This document shows positions 12,120 through 25,807 of a stretch of DNA of 64,000 nucleotides, piece by piece. The first letter of the stretch is position 1, and each line of letters starts with the position of its first letter. Below the pieces are notes generated by a model. The model saw nothing but the letters and a program-made list of their open reading frames with translations, was not told the DNA's origin and ran no database searches. Position numbers and translations under genes: made by a program. The stretch comes from the human T2T-CHM13v2.0 reference genome, Homo sapiens, in NCBI RefSeq assembly GCF_009914755.1, contig NC_060926.1. One strand, written 5' to 3'.

Positions 12120-13876
12120 GTAAGAATCAGGTGGTGTGTCCTACTGAAAAGCCTGTGCATTTTACCAATTGGTGCCTTTTGGGGAAAATAAGAGCAATCT
12201 AACAAGTCTAATGCATACACGCATATGTGCACACACACACACTCACACAGAATTTAAATGCCGGAGAAGAGCGAAAATAAACCATGTACACTGTTCCCTT
12301 TAGCTTAAATAGCCAGTGGCTATCAAGGCACCATAACTCCTTTTAGATTCAGGTACACGGAAAAAAAACCTTTTCATTTGTATATTTTTCTATGCCCTAG
12401 TTAGAAGAAATATTTTCCTCTTAGAAATTCCTTTTGAAATAATTTTCTATTCCACAGCAAACTCTGGAATTATTACTGTTCCATTATTCATTTGTTATAG
12501 GTTCTGTTTTGGTTCAAATTATCTCTAGTTACTTTTCTGTTAAGCTACTAACTGACATTATTTGAATCTGATAAGATTCAAAGGAGGCAACTTAATTCCT
12601 TCAGTGATTTCAGTGATAATAAAAATATTCACAAGAAACATGGTCTTTAGTAGTTAAAGGGTTAATAATACATATGCATGATACCAAGTTCTGGTCCTTC
12701 ACGAAACAGGAAGTCCGGGTTCCAGGATCAGTATTGTGAAGAGCTCAGATCTTCTGGGTTGGTCAATTGGGCTACACAGTATCTCTGGAGAGTGGCATTT
12801 GGGGTCCAGAAAATGGTGCAAACATTTAAAAACTTTTTCATCATGTCACCAGCTAGCCCAAATAGAAGCTGTCTCAGATGGAAATCTAGGAATTTTTTTT
12901 CTTTCTTTGCTAGCTTCCTTTTTCACCCCTTCCATCCATCAATTTCCTCAATCTATCCTTTCTTCCTCTTTCTTCCCAGAGACTGGATTCCATTTTGGAT
13001 GGAGTGGTATTGAGTCTTTACTATTTCATGTCAGGAGATTTAGGTCCTTATCACTGTGCTCAGTGGAACAAGGAAAGGCTGATGCTTCTTAACACTATTA
13101 ACTGCTACTTATGTATTTACATGTGCACAGTTTCTATTTGCTCTTCTTAAAACTCCTTCCTCACCATTTTAATTTGTAACATCTCCCCCTCCCCACATAC
13201 ATCCTTCAAAGCAAGGAGCACGAGCATCTGCAGTTTTACGAAATTAATTGACTGAGATGGTGGCGGCGTCAAGTTTTTTTTTTAGGCAATCCAATTGGAA
13301 CCAGAGAGGAGGAGAGTGAGGGTGATTGGTGGTGTTACTTGTTTGTCTGGAAGTTGCACTAGCATAGCAAACATATTGTAATTAAGACACTACTTTTTTT
13401 CTCTCTCACTTTTCCCTTTAAAATTTATTCAATGGGGAAACGTTTTCCTGCTACTGAATGACATTTCCAACAGCCCCCATGACCACTAGGCAATAGAGTC
13501 AGAGGGTCTCAATTTAGTAATTAAAGCTTTGCAGAGAAGCAGGTGGGAACCTGCAGTCTGGGAGGCAGTGGGAAGGCTGGTTGGCTTCGCATCTCTTACT
13601 TGACCCCCTGCCCTCCTCATTTTTGCCGAACTCAGATTTTGGCAGCTCTGGCATTTGAAAGTCTGGGAAAAGCCTCTCTTTCAAGTTCATACATGACTGA
13701 TATTACTGTAAGCAGACTTCTTAAAAGATGAAAGTGTTCCCTTTCTCTTGTGAACTGATTTCATGGGTTCTGAAAATCCCTCTGACATCGCTGGTGGTTT
13801 CTCAACTCAAATTCCTGTCATTACCTCAAAGGTTGTTTAATTCCTCCGAAGCTCCTGGAAATCTTCAGAAAACTGA

Positions 13877-14197
<321 letters not shown>

Positions 14198-14905
14198 AGC
14201 ACTGCACATTTTAAGTGTATGTTCTATGCGTTTTGAGAAAGGTACACATGCATGTAACCATCTTGCTAATCAGGATATAGACTATTTCCATCACCCCCAA
14301 GGAGTTCCCTTTTGCACTTTGCAGTCCGTCAATCTTCCTCTACCCCTTAGCTCAGACAACCACAAATCTACTTTTTTCCATTATAGATTAGATTTTCCTG
14401 TTATAAATTTTTATGCAAATAAAATAATATACGAAATACTCATTTGTGTCTGGCTTCATTAACATAGGATAATGATTTTGAGATTATTCATGTCAATCAG
14501 TGTTATCATTCATTGATTTATTTCATTGTTGGATGGTATCCCATTAAATTGATATACCACAATTTGTTCATCAATTTACTTACATGTTTTTGAGTTGTTT
14601 CCAGTTTTTAGCTATGATGAATAAAGCTGCTGTGAACATTCATGTACAAGTCTTCGTGTAGAAAATTGTTTTCTCTTGGTAAATACTTAGTGGTATTATT
14701 GGGTAGTATAGTAAATATATGTTTAGCTTTACAAAGTGCTGCACCATTTTAATCTCCCACTAGCAATGTATGAGTGTTCCAGCTGCTCCACATTTTTCTC
14801 AATATTTAATACTGACAACTTAAACTATTAGACAATCCAGTGGATATATAGTGATATCTCATTTAGATTTTAATTTGCAATTCACTAATGATATACTATT
14901 GAGCA
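14198..14905 (-). mobile_element. L1M (L1MB/MC-type) 3' fragment
   Basis: tgcacattttaagtgta...gaataaagctgctgtgaacattcatgtacaag...cccactagcaatgtatgag. Confidence 0.8.
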
Positions 14906-16902
14906 TCAGATCTTTCATATTGTACTTTAAAACTATTTTGCTAAGACACATACCCAGCATATGGAAGACCCTCAATAAATATTTATTGAATTTATACAAA
15001 TTGAACACAGAAAATGCAGCTCATCAGAGGATTTGAGCTAATTTCCTGGCATTTATGAAATACTGAGCAAGTTGTCAAATGAGAGCACTTAAGCTAATTC
15101 TCAAGTATTTAAAAGAAAGTGTACATCCTCATCTGTCTACCAAATATGGTCTCCAGGCAATTTGCTCAAGGTCAAATAGTGGTGGAACAATGATTAGAAA
15201 CTACACTTTGTCGTCCTCAATTTAATTCTCTCTATATTTGACTCAGGATAAATGTGAAACATTGATTTTTCATATCATTTTATTGAATGTATGTTTTATT
15301 CAATTACTGTTTTGCCACAGTATCTCTCCCTGTTCATTATTAAAAACTTCAGCTCTTGATAAAAACCTAATCATCACCTAAAATGTATTTCCTTTCATAA
15401 AAATGTATTTCAAGTTCCAGATACTTGATTAACAAATGAACCTTTAAATAAGTGTTTATTTGGGGAAACTAACATATTAGGTAGCAACTTTGTTTCCCAT
15501 CTTATTATTTTATAAACAATTAAAGGTTAACCAATTCAAAGGTGAATTGCCTTAAATAAGAAGTGATCTATGTATTAACTCTGAGGCCTGTAATTGCATT
15601 TAGCTGTAACTCAAATGAGTTTTGTGTGTGCTGTGTGCAACTAACTGAAAGTCTGGGATGCTCCGTTGCTCAAGCCAGGGCATCAGTACCATTTAAATAC
15701 TTTGTTAAGATCAAACAGCCAGCAAGAAACAATTCAATAAATATCCCTGGTTTCTACAAACAGAAGTTCAGATAAAAAATTGCCTGAAGCAAAATTCTAT
15801 TTAGATGAGGAAACAGGAAATAGAGCATTATAATATAACTCTGATGTCAAAAACAGGAAACTTCTGAAAGCATCATTCATTTAGCAATTTTGATTAATTT
15901 TTTTAACCAAAAAAACTGCTCTTTTGTAGTACTTTTTAAAAGAGAAAAAAGGGGAAAATGCCTTACTTAGACCTTCGCACACATTTTATTATTCATTTCT
16001 AACATGGCACATCACATTGACAACTCGTTTTAAGTCTGAATTTTTCTTACTAAGTAATCATTTTGTATATGCTATTTTTTCCATTGAATTACAGTGTATG
16101 AGAGGCAGTCTCTCAAATCACCAGATAGAATATGTGACAATCCATTTAGTTTGTAGTCAATGTTCATTATTCCTCTACGTTTCTTTATTTTGGTAGTTTA
16201 ATCATAGTTCTTAACAACTGCCTTGAAATTTAGAGATAAAAGTAATGTCTAATTTTGGTATCTTTAGTCACAAAAATAGCTGTGGAACAAACTGTAGACT
16301 AGGAAGACAGAAGGGTGAGTCTTCAGATATCCTATTTCATATTAGTTGAAGAAGATTTCTTAAAACATTCCTGTTTCTCCCTACATTTATTCAGGAATTG
16401 GTTGAGGGAAAAGGAAAGTAGAGAGAAATTCAACAGATACTTAATTTCTGGTTGGTGCTTTGCCTATATATTACCGTACTGTTGCATTACTGACACTTAT
16501 TACAGTGTGGGGTGCTAGTTATTAAATGTAAAGGAATAACCTGATTTATTGTTTATAACACCCATAATTTAGAAATGTTGAAGATGAAGCTCTTCAGTTT
16601 AAATTGATAAATTATCCAAGGTTATATATTAATAATATGTGCTTGATTAAGTCAGTGAACTCAGATTTGGGCAATTCTGAGGTTCATGCTCTGTCCAATA
16701 CCATAGTAAAAATTTACAAAACATTTCATGAAAGAAGACGTGACAATTGGGAAAGCCACAAGAATTTATGAGTTTATATTTAAGAAGACCTCTGAAAATC
16801 CATAAGTATAGTAGATTTTTATTTAGCATGTGTTTTTCAGAAGAAATAATTTTCAGGTATTTGCTTAGTTTTTGAATAGTTAAAATTAAGCTGTTAAAAT
16901 TT

Positions 16903-17105
16903 ATTTGGAACCCGGACAACATAGTGAGATTTTGTCCTTACTTAAAAAAAAAATTACCTGGGTGTGGTGGTGTGTATCTGTGATCTCAGCTACCTGGGAG
17001 GCTGAGATGGGAGGAGAGTTTGAGCCCAGGACGTCAATGCTGCAGTGAGCTGTGTTTGCACTACTGCTTACCACCTTGGGTGACAGAATGAGACCTTGTC
17101 TCAAT
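16903..17105 (+). mobile_element. AluJ, 5' truncated
   Basis: End of the left arm, the A-linker and the right arm (gggaggctgagatgggagga...ttgagcccagga). Confidence 0.85.
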
Positions 17106-18289
17106 TTTTTTTTAATTTGGCTTAAGTCAGTCATCTTTTATATTTAACTATAATGCAGAGTCAGTGATGTTTTGATATTTTAGATTACATACATATCATG
17201 GAAGATTAAAATCATAACATTATCTTGAATTTTTTTCTACTAGTTGGTGAAAAAGATATCATTTTTTATGCATGCTCTAAATCTAAAATACATATAATCA
17301 AGTCATAATCCTTAATTTACAGAAACTTGAGTATTTTATCTGGGGTACATACTATTATTTTAATATCTAGAATGGGAAACTCATTGGAGCAGAAACTCAA
17401 ACAAGAGCTTCCTCTAAATTTGATCTTCCTCTTTCTCTGAACGTGTTACTATGCTTTCTAAGCATTATGAAGTTCTAGAGAAGAGATTTTCACTTTAGTT
17501 TGTATCAAATTCATGAGTGAATAAATTCTACAGTATGCTTAAAACACACTGAGAAGTAGGATAGGGAAAAACTCTATAATCCTCTTATGGGTTTTTTTTT
17601 AACATGTTAATAAAATAATAATATGCCATTTACTTAAAATCCTTTTTGAAACAAGGTGCAGGGATAAATAAATAATCCAAGTAACATGATATTTTCAATT
17701 TTAGGCAAAAGGTCTGACAAGACTTTGATCCTTCTTCAAGGCCTGGTGGGTCTGAAATAATCTTATCCGCGCATGAAAAACATTCAAAGCATTTAAAGGA
17801 CCTGGCTATAATTACACAGTTCATGGTGGCAACTCATAGAATAAAAGTTCAACTAATTCATTCCTTAGTCACATGTTATCCATTAGTTTAGCAATCTTGG
17901 ATTCCTTAAGATTAAAGTATAATAAATAGTCTCTCTTCATTTGACTAACAAAGGGGACTAATGCCTTCCACAAAACAGAGCTTTTTCTTTTCCTTTCATG
18001 ATACTATATTTACGTGTTCTCATAGCAAATATTTCCTCTTTCAGTTGCTCAGAACAGATAAAGATAAATGAAGAATAATCTATCTAATATTAGCATAATT
18101 CTGTAAAGAACTATAGCAATGTCTTGTTTACGAAAGCCAATTATACAAATATTATGCATAATGCACTTAGGAGTTCATTTAAACCAGGGGTTTTGAGTTA
18201 CATGTTTAAGCAATATAAGTACTAGGCAACAGCTGTTTCCCTGGTGTATGATGGAGCCAACACCAGTCCGAGGTATATTATTAAATCTG

Positions 18290-18712
18290 ATTATCGGTCA
18301 GGATAAGGAAGGCAATTCTCTGGTAACAAACCATCCTCAAATCTCAGTGCTTATATAGGCACTATTTCTTGCTCCACTAGATGGCTCATACTTGCTCACA
18401 CTACCCATCATGGGTCGTTAGGAGATCTCTGCTTGTGGTCACTCCGGAATTCATCTGACAAAGCAGCCACCATCTTGAAAATCATGGGTCACTGTGCTGG
18501 AAGAAAAAGAGAAATGTGGTGGGTTTGCCATCAACATGTAAATACTCTGGCCCAGAAGTGGTTTGTCACTTCTACTCATCACTTATGGGTGACAAGTGCT
18601 AGAACTGGTCACCTAACCCCACCACAAGGGGACCAGCATGTACAATCTTACCATATGGATGTAAGGAGACAGAACAGGAAATATCTGTGAAACAGTGGTA
18701 TTGTCAAAACCA
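18290..18712 (-). mobile_element. Old MaLR LTR (MLT1I-like)
   Basis: ggtaacaaaccatcctcaaatctcagtg...gcagccaccatcttg...ggcccagaagtg...aatcttaccat...ggaaatatc. Confidence 0.6.
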
Positions 18713-19211
18713 ACGTGTAAGATTAGCTTCTGCTTAAACAAGTATATGTATTATTGCAGCAATGCTGGTCAAAAATAACTGCTGGATGGAGTAGTAGGTT
18801 ATAGAAATTATGTAGACTGGGTACAACTTGCTACAAGTAAGAGATGAGCTGCATAGTGCTAAGTAAAGATGGCATATTTTCTGGAACATATGAGAAATTT
18901 GTCTTTTTAAGTATAAAGGAAGGAGGTCAAGACAATAATCATTTCCACTGAAGCAGTTAGTTACATGGAGCTGACCAGTTGTTATGGATACTTTTCAGAC
19001 ACTCTGGGACAGAATTATATGGTGGAAGTATGTGCACTGTAATGATTCAAGACTTGACTGATGATATTTTGGGAATCTTAAACCTCTTCTTTAAATAGGC
19101 TACCAAAAATTTGAAACCAAAAGGGCTGAGAATCACTGCTTTAAAAAGTGAGTTACGATTGGAAGGAATAGGGTCCACCCTCTAATAAACAGTAAAGAAA
19201 TCAGAAGTCCT

Positions 19212-19535
19212 GGCTGGACACAGTGGCTCACACCTATAATCCCAGCACTTTGTAAGGCCCAGGTGGATGGATGGCTTGAGCCCAGGAGTTCGAGACTAGA
19301 TTGGGCAACCTGGCAAAACCCTGTCTCTACAAAAAATACAAAAATTAACCAGGTCGGGTGGCGCACCTGTGGTCCCAGCTACTTGGGAGGCTGAAATCAG
19401 AGGATCACTTGAGCTCTGGAGGTAAAGGCTGCAGTGAGCCAAGCTCACGCCAGTGCACTCCAGCATGGGCTGCAGAGAGAGACGCTGTCTCAAAAAATGA
19501 ATAAATAAATAAGTAAAATGAATAAATAAATAAAT
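19212..19535 (+). mobile_element. AluJ full length with (TAAA)n tail
   Basis: Dimeric Alu; TSD AAGTCCT at 19205-19211 and 19536-19542. Confidence 0.92.
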
Positions 19536-19819
19536 AAGTCCTGTTGTTGTCAAGAAGTCAGTAGACAATTTTTCCTAATATAATGATCTTAAGGACTTCA
19601 TTTTTCCCACTTTTATTTCATTTTATTTACAACAATTTTCTTACTGGGTTTTCAATGCAACTTAATGCAATATGCAATGATTTTATGTTTTTATTCACTG
19701 AGATTTGTGGATGGTTTGTTACCAGAGTATTGCCTATCCCATCTCAAAAAAAAAAAGCTATATAAATCTTATATAAGCAATTTACTTATTCCTTATATAA
19801 GAACACTTATAAAAGCACT

Positions 19820-19993
19820 GAGGCTGGAGTGCAGTGGCATGACCATGGCTCACTGCAGCCTCGACCTCTCAGGCCTGTAGTGACAGGTTTCACTATGTTA
19901 TCAGGGCTAGTCTCAAATTCCTGGGGTCAAGTGATCCTCCTGTCTTGGCCTCCCAAAGCACTGGGATTACAGGCATGAACCACCGCACCTGGT
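19820..19993 (-). mobile_element. AluJ with a large internal deletion
   Basis: Right-arm piece (ggctggagtgcagtggc...ctcactgcagcctcg) fused directly to the left arm (tgtagtgacaggtttcac...ggattacaggcatga). Confidence 0.85.
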
Positions 19994-20054
19994 TTGATCT
20001 TAAATACAACTTTTCTTGAAAAAAAGTTAGCATGACAAGTGCTAATTTTTTTCT

Positions 20055-21045
20055 CCTACTATTTGTTTTGAAAAATTTTAAACTTACAGGTTAAAATAAT
20101 AGTACAATAAATATCTATATATCTTTTTACTTAGAGTCACCATTTGTTTACATTTTTCCATATTTTCCTCTATTTTAATCTGTCTACATACATGTATACA
20201 TATAAATACTAAATGTATGTATACATGTATGTGCGTATATACATTCATATACTCACACATACACATCAATATTACTTTTTTTGTGAAGCTATTTGAGAAC
20301 AAGTTTAGACACGGCATTTTTGTCCTAAATACTTCAGTATGTATCTTATAAGTACATGGATATTCTTCTACATAAGCATGACATAATTATCACATTCAAA
20401 ATTTAACAACAATAAAATTAAATATTTAATGTACAGCTCATTTAAAAATTGTCCTTGTTGTCTGACTAATAACCTTCATAGCCACCTGCCCTTCCCCCTA
20501 ATCCAATCATGAATGAAGGCTTCTATTTAGTTACAGCAGAGACTGTGCTGTAGGAACCTAGATCTGCTTCTCTCATAGGGAATAACCTCAGGCAGCCAGG
20601 ACCTGCTCTGCCTGTGGGGCTTATAGATTGCATGAAGTGCAAGGATGAGCTGAAAGTGTGGCTCCCAAGCAGCAACTGATGGGACAACTCTGAGGTCATC
20701 TACTTGCCCTCGAGGGACTGAGGCAGCTCTCTCTGTGAGATTGCTGATATGCAACTGGGCTTGGCCTCTTTATTCTTCTTGGACCCACTTGACTTCTCAC
20801 TTTCCTATTTCTCCTGGGAACACTCGTAAGGAATGGCTCAGTGAATTTCTTTCTCAAGGTCGGCTTTGGGATATATATTTACATATATAGTATATGTATA
20901 TATGTAACAAAACAAAGACCATTCCTTTTACAGATTGTTCTCAGTTTGGATTTTTCTGATTGTTTCATCATGATTAGATTTAGATAAAATATTGTTGACA
21001 AGAATACTACATACTACATAAGTGATGATGTGTCTTCCTAAAACA
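20055..21045 (-). mobile_element. Old L1 (L1MC-like) 3' fragments flanking an LTR16-like element
   Basis: aaaaattttaaacttacagg...aaatacttcagtatgtatc...tcagtttggatttttctgattgtttcatcatgattagatt. Confidence 0.6.
20535..20870 (+). mobile_element. ERVL LTR16-like fragment
   Basis: actgatgggacaactctgagg...ttctcctgggaacactc...tctcaaggtcggctttggg. Confidence 0.55.
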
Positions 21046-21579
21046 GGTTTTTGAAATTTTAAATTCTGATAACTGCTTTTCTTCCAAGAAATGCCATTAT
21101 CTTTTGGCCAGCACTCAAATGAAATAGAGACATTCTTTTAAAATCGAATGTATTCTATTTTATTATGTTTTGCATTTCCGCTCTTGAGTTTCTCCTAGTT
21201 TACTTACCTCTCTACAGAGTAATAAAATTATATTCTTGTTCATAAGAAAAAGAAAAAATACCTGATGCAACTGAAATTGCCTTAAATTATTCATCTCTCA
21301 CACTATTAATACTTTGATGTTTAATATTATTATTTTATCTGTTTAATCCCATAATATATATTCTGACATAAATCTGCAAATTGTTGAAAACAACTTACTT
21401 AACATTTCAACTACTTAAAATTTTATTTTATTTCAGCCACCTAGAAAAAAGGATTTTTCTTGGACTCTGTTTGAAGTTTCAAGCCTACCATCAGATCTGT
21501 CCCAGACATAACTTCTCAGAAAGCTCTAATGGGATTTTTCCCTGTATGGTTTTGCTGAAACCAAAAAGCGACAGCAGCT

Positions 21580-21654
21580 TCCCCTTCCTTTCCTTCCTCT
21601 TCCTTCTTCCCCACCTCCTCCTTCTTCTCCTCTTCCTTCTTCTTCTTCCTTCTT
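21580..21654. repeat. Polypyrimidine (CTT/CCT) low-complexity tract
   Basis: Almost pure C/T run. Confidence 0.85.
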
Positions 21655-22090
21655 GCACATGTTTGATCTCTTTTTCCTGGCCTGTAATTTAGCAGCCAGT
21701 GATTGGGTGACGAATGACTTATCTGAGGGTCAGAGCTTCTTTCCTGAAGCTTCCTGTAAAAAATCCCCCAGTAATTATAGTTTGCAAAAAACCTCTTCTA
21801 CTTATTTAGCCATTCGCTCTTTTAGGTTCTCTTCATTTATTTCATATTAAATGATACTTTCTTTTCTCCCAAAATTCAAACTGGAGTTTCTTTGACTTCC
21901 TTCAGGTGCTGCTACATTAATTCAATGCATGTTGCATTTTTAATGAATAACTTTAGGTAGTGAATTTCAAGTTCTGTATGAATTTCATTAATTCTACTTA
22001 AGTTGGGTTCCCACCAAAATGAACTTTTAAACATGCGTATTATTGTTTGGCCAAAAGCACGAAATGGGTGTTCAGCTTACATTCTAATGA

Positions 22091-22160
22091 CTTCCCTTCC
22101 TTCCTTCCTCGCTCCCTCTCTCTCTCTTTTCCTTCCATCTTTCCTTCCTTCCTGCTTTCC
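22091..22160. repeat. (CCTT)n/(CT)n low-complexity tract
   Basis: Degenerate CCTT repeats. Confidence 0.8.
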
Positions 22161-23012
22161 AGCATCAGCTTTAGCAAGGAGCCCTAGCAGAAGACACCAG
22201 AAAGTTTCCAACTGACTTGTCTCTTTTGTTCCTAAACCACTACTAACAGCAATATTAGTCATCACTTCCCCCACTGCCCACTGTGCTATTTAAATCTCCC
22301 TCTTTGGGTATATTTTTTCCTAAGTTTCCTTTTTCACTCCATAGTCAGGGATGTGGGGGAAACACTCTAGGCAACACCTCCCACACATGGCCACATAAAT
22401 ATTTATTAGCTTTTTATTTGTATCAATCTGTTCTGTACAACCTGTACAGCTTTTCATTGCTGACATCCTTTTTATTATTTCAAATGATAGTTTAGCATGA
22501 TAGTTAAAAGGAACATATCTTTGTTCTTGTTTTGAATCGTAGAAAACTTAAACCGTCGCAGGCCAGTGAGAATATATGATTCCTTTTAAAACATTTAAGA
22601 GGCATAATTTTGGCAGTCTTTGTTTAACTTGCTCAGTCACTCTTATATGACTGGAAATTTTCTAAAGCTACCTTAGATCGGTTGATAAGCTATGTTTTCT
22701 CTTTCAATCTGTATGAATTCAATAAATGTTTTATTGAGAGTTTTCTAAGCACCAGATGCTGTATCAGGTACTAGGGATGACTATGAAATGACTCAGCTCC
22801 CAAGCACTTTATAATAGGGCTTAAGCAGTGTCATAACTAATACAATCCTAATAAAAGCATGCTGTGTGTTTAGACCTAAAAGCTTGCTGTGTGTGTGCAT
22901 TTAGGTAAACAGTTTAATCTCTCTGGACCCTAGCTCCTCTCTGTAAAATGAAATAGTTGAATTAAATGATATATTCTATTATATAACACCATAAAAACAC
23001 TTTACCATACGG

Positions 23013-23544
23013 TGTGCTGGTCCTGGACCTGTTTGCACTCAGATCTATCCTTCTACTCTGCTTTGTTCTGGGGGGAAGCAGTTGATCCTTGGCAGGATGA
23101 CTTTCTCAGGCTCCAGAGAATTTCTGAAAAGATTGAGTCAACGGGCAGCAGGATTATATCAACCACGGGAAATTAGAGAGCAGGGTGAGGAGTGGTTTTT
23201 GGGGGAGGGAGATCAAGACACTCCCTCCTGTTTTCAGCCTAAGGTGGCCACTCCAGGGGCTTTATCTTCTCTGTGACTCCAGCCCCCATTGTATCGAGGC
23301 CACCAGAGATTCAGTCTCCTAGAGTGGTCCTCTTGGTGCCAGTAATTGCATGTTTTCCTTTTGTCTCTCCAGCCCAAGAATGATAAAGACTTCCTGCCAT
23401 CTTCAATCTCCCAGGATTATTTTAGAGCCCACTGTTTAATTCTCAACCTCTCCACTCTTCATGGACCCACCTCTGCTTTCCATTCCTTCCACTGTGAACA
23501 TTTGAGATGATTTCTGCTTTCTTGGTTAATCTATGGCTAACCAC
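23013..23544 (+). mobile_element. ERVL LTR41-like element
   Basis: tgtgactccagcccc...ttttgtctctccagccc...gacttcctgc...aatctc...tttctgctttcttgg. Confidence 0.5.
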
Positions 23545-23661
23545 AGTGTTCACCTCTGATTTATTTTATAATTGAGGAAGGAAAATATGAGCATAGATAC
23601 GTTAACTGAGCAGACCCAAACTAGCTCCTTGTATCCAGACAAAACGAAAGAAGATTGTATC

Positions 23662-23727
23662 CAAACCTTCTTTTGATGCTGGTATCTATTGTTTGGTGCT
23701 TAGGTACCAGCATCAAAGGAAGGTTTG
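23662..23727. repeat. Inverted repeat, 27-bp arms, 12-nt loop
   Basis: CAAACCTTCTTTTGATGCTGGTATCTA (23662-23688) versus TAGGTACCAGCATCAAAGGAAGGTTTG (23701-23727): 25 of 27 pairs are Watson-Crick and the other two are U-G on the + strand. Confidence 0.92.
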
Positions 23728-23732
23728 TTTTA

Positions 23733-24674
<942 letters not shown>

Positions 24675-25329
24675 CTTTCAATCAACTATTGAAGGACACA
24701 CAAGATCCTCTTTTATTATTATTATTATTATTAAAGCTGCCATGTTGAATCTCTTGAAAGTTAAGGCCCATGTAAATTGAGGTGGGGGAAACCTTTAGTG
24801 AACTACATCACTCTGTGTACTTCTTAGTTCTTAGGACAGATGACTTTATTACAGCCTCTGAATCTATCAAATGTATCAATTTTTCACCAGGAATATCAAT
24901 TGAAAATCAAATTATAGTGATAAATGTATTAGCAACCTAAAGTTTGGTAAGAGAAAGATATGTGAAAAACTCTTTTTTAAAGACTTGCCTTAGGCATCAT
25001 TCTTCTTCTCCAACTCTTTTATCTCCATTTCCTTTAGGTTGGTAAGATACTTTCTTCATTTCTAGCAATTTCACCAGAGAGGTCAACAATCAAATTAAAC
25101 TGGTTTTACTTTAAAATGATAGGTAGGCAAACTTGTGGAGATACTCTTTTATTTAATGTATTCATTAAAAAAAGAGGTGGGATGAACATCCACCCATTCC
25201 CACTACCCGTTACTTTGGGTATGGGTGTGAGAGGGGAAGAAGTTCATAGTGATTGGGTGACAAGGAAAAGTGATAGTACCATTGCTGATACAGGGAGAGT
25301 CCCAGAGAGAGAAACCAGCTGGAGATTAG

Positions 25330-25807
25330 AGTATTAGTTTCCTGTAGTAGGTGGCTTAAAACACACATTTAGTGGATTAAAACAACACACATTTATTTAC
25401 TCACAGTTCTGGAGGCCAGAGTCTGAAATCAACATCACTGGACTAAAATCAAGGTGACAGCAGGGCTGTCTTCCCTCTGGAGGTTCGGGGGAGAATCCGT
25501 TCCTCACCTCTTCTGGTGTCTGGTGGCTGCCAGCATTCCTTGCCTTGTGACCACATCACTTCAATCTCTGCTTCCATGGTCACACTGATTTTTTTCCTGC
25601 TCTGTGGTGAAGTTTCCTTCTCAATCTCTCTTATAAGGACACTTGAAATTGCATTTAGGGCCCACCTGGATAATCCCCAGGATAATCTCCCTATCTCAAG
25701 ATTCTTAGTCACATCTGCATAGTCCCTTTTGCTATGTAAAGTAACATTCACAGGTTCCAGGGCTTAGAATGGGGACATCTTTGGAGGCCTTTATTCAGCC
25801 TACTACA
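25330..25807 (-). mobile_element. MLT1D-like LTR (MaLR)
   Basis: cacagttctggaggccag...tagggcccacctggataatc...gtaacattcacaggttccaggg...attcagcctactaCA. Confidence 0.85.

Noticed and set aside
12678-13092. Two overlapping ORFs of 111 and 118 aa
   Set aside because: They are extended by a pyrimidine-rich, stop-poor tract and have no recognisable homology.
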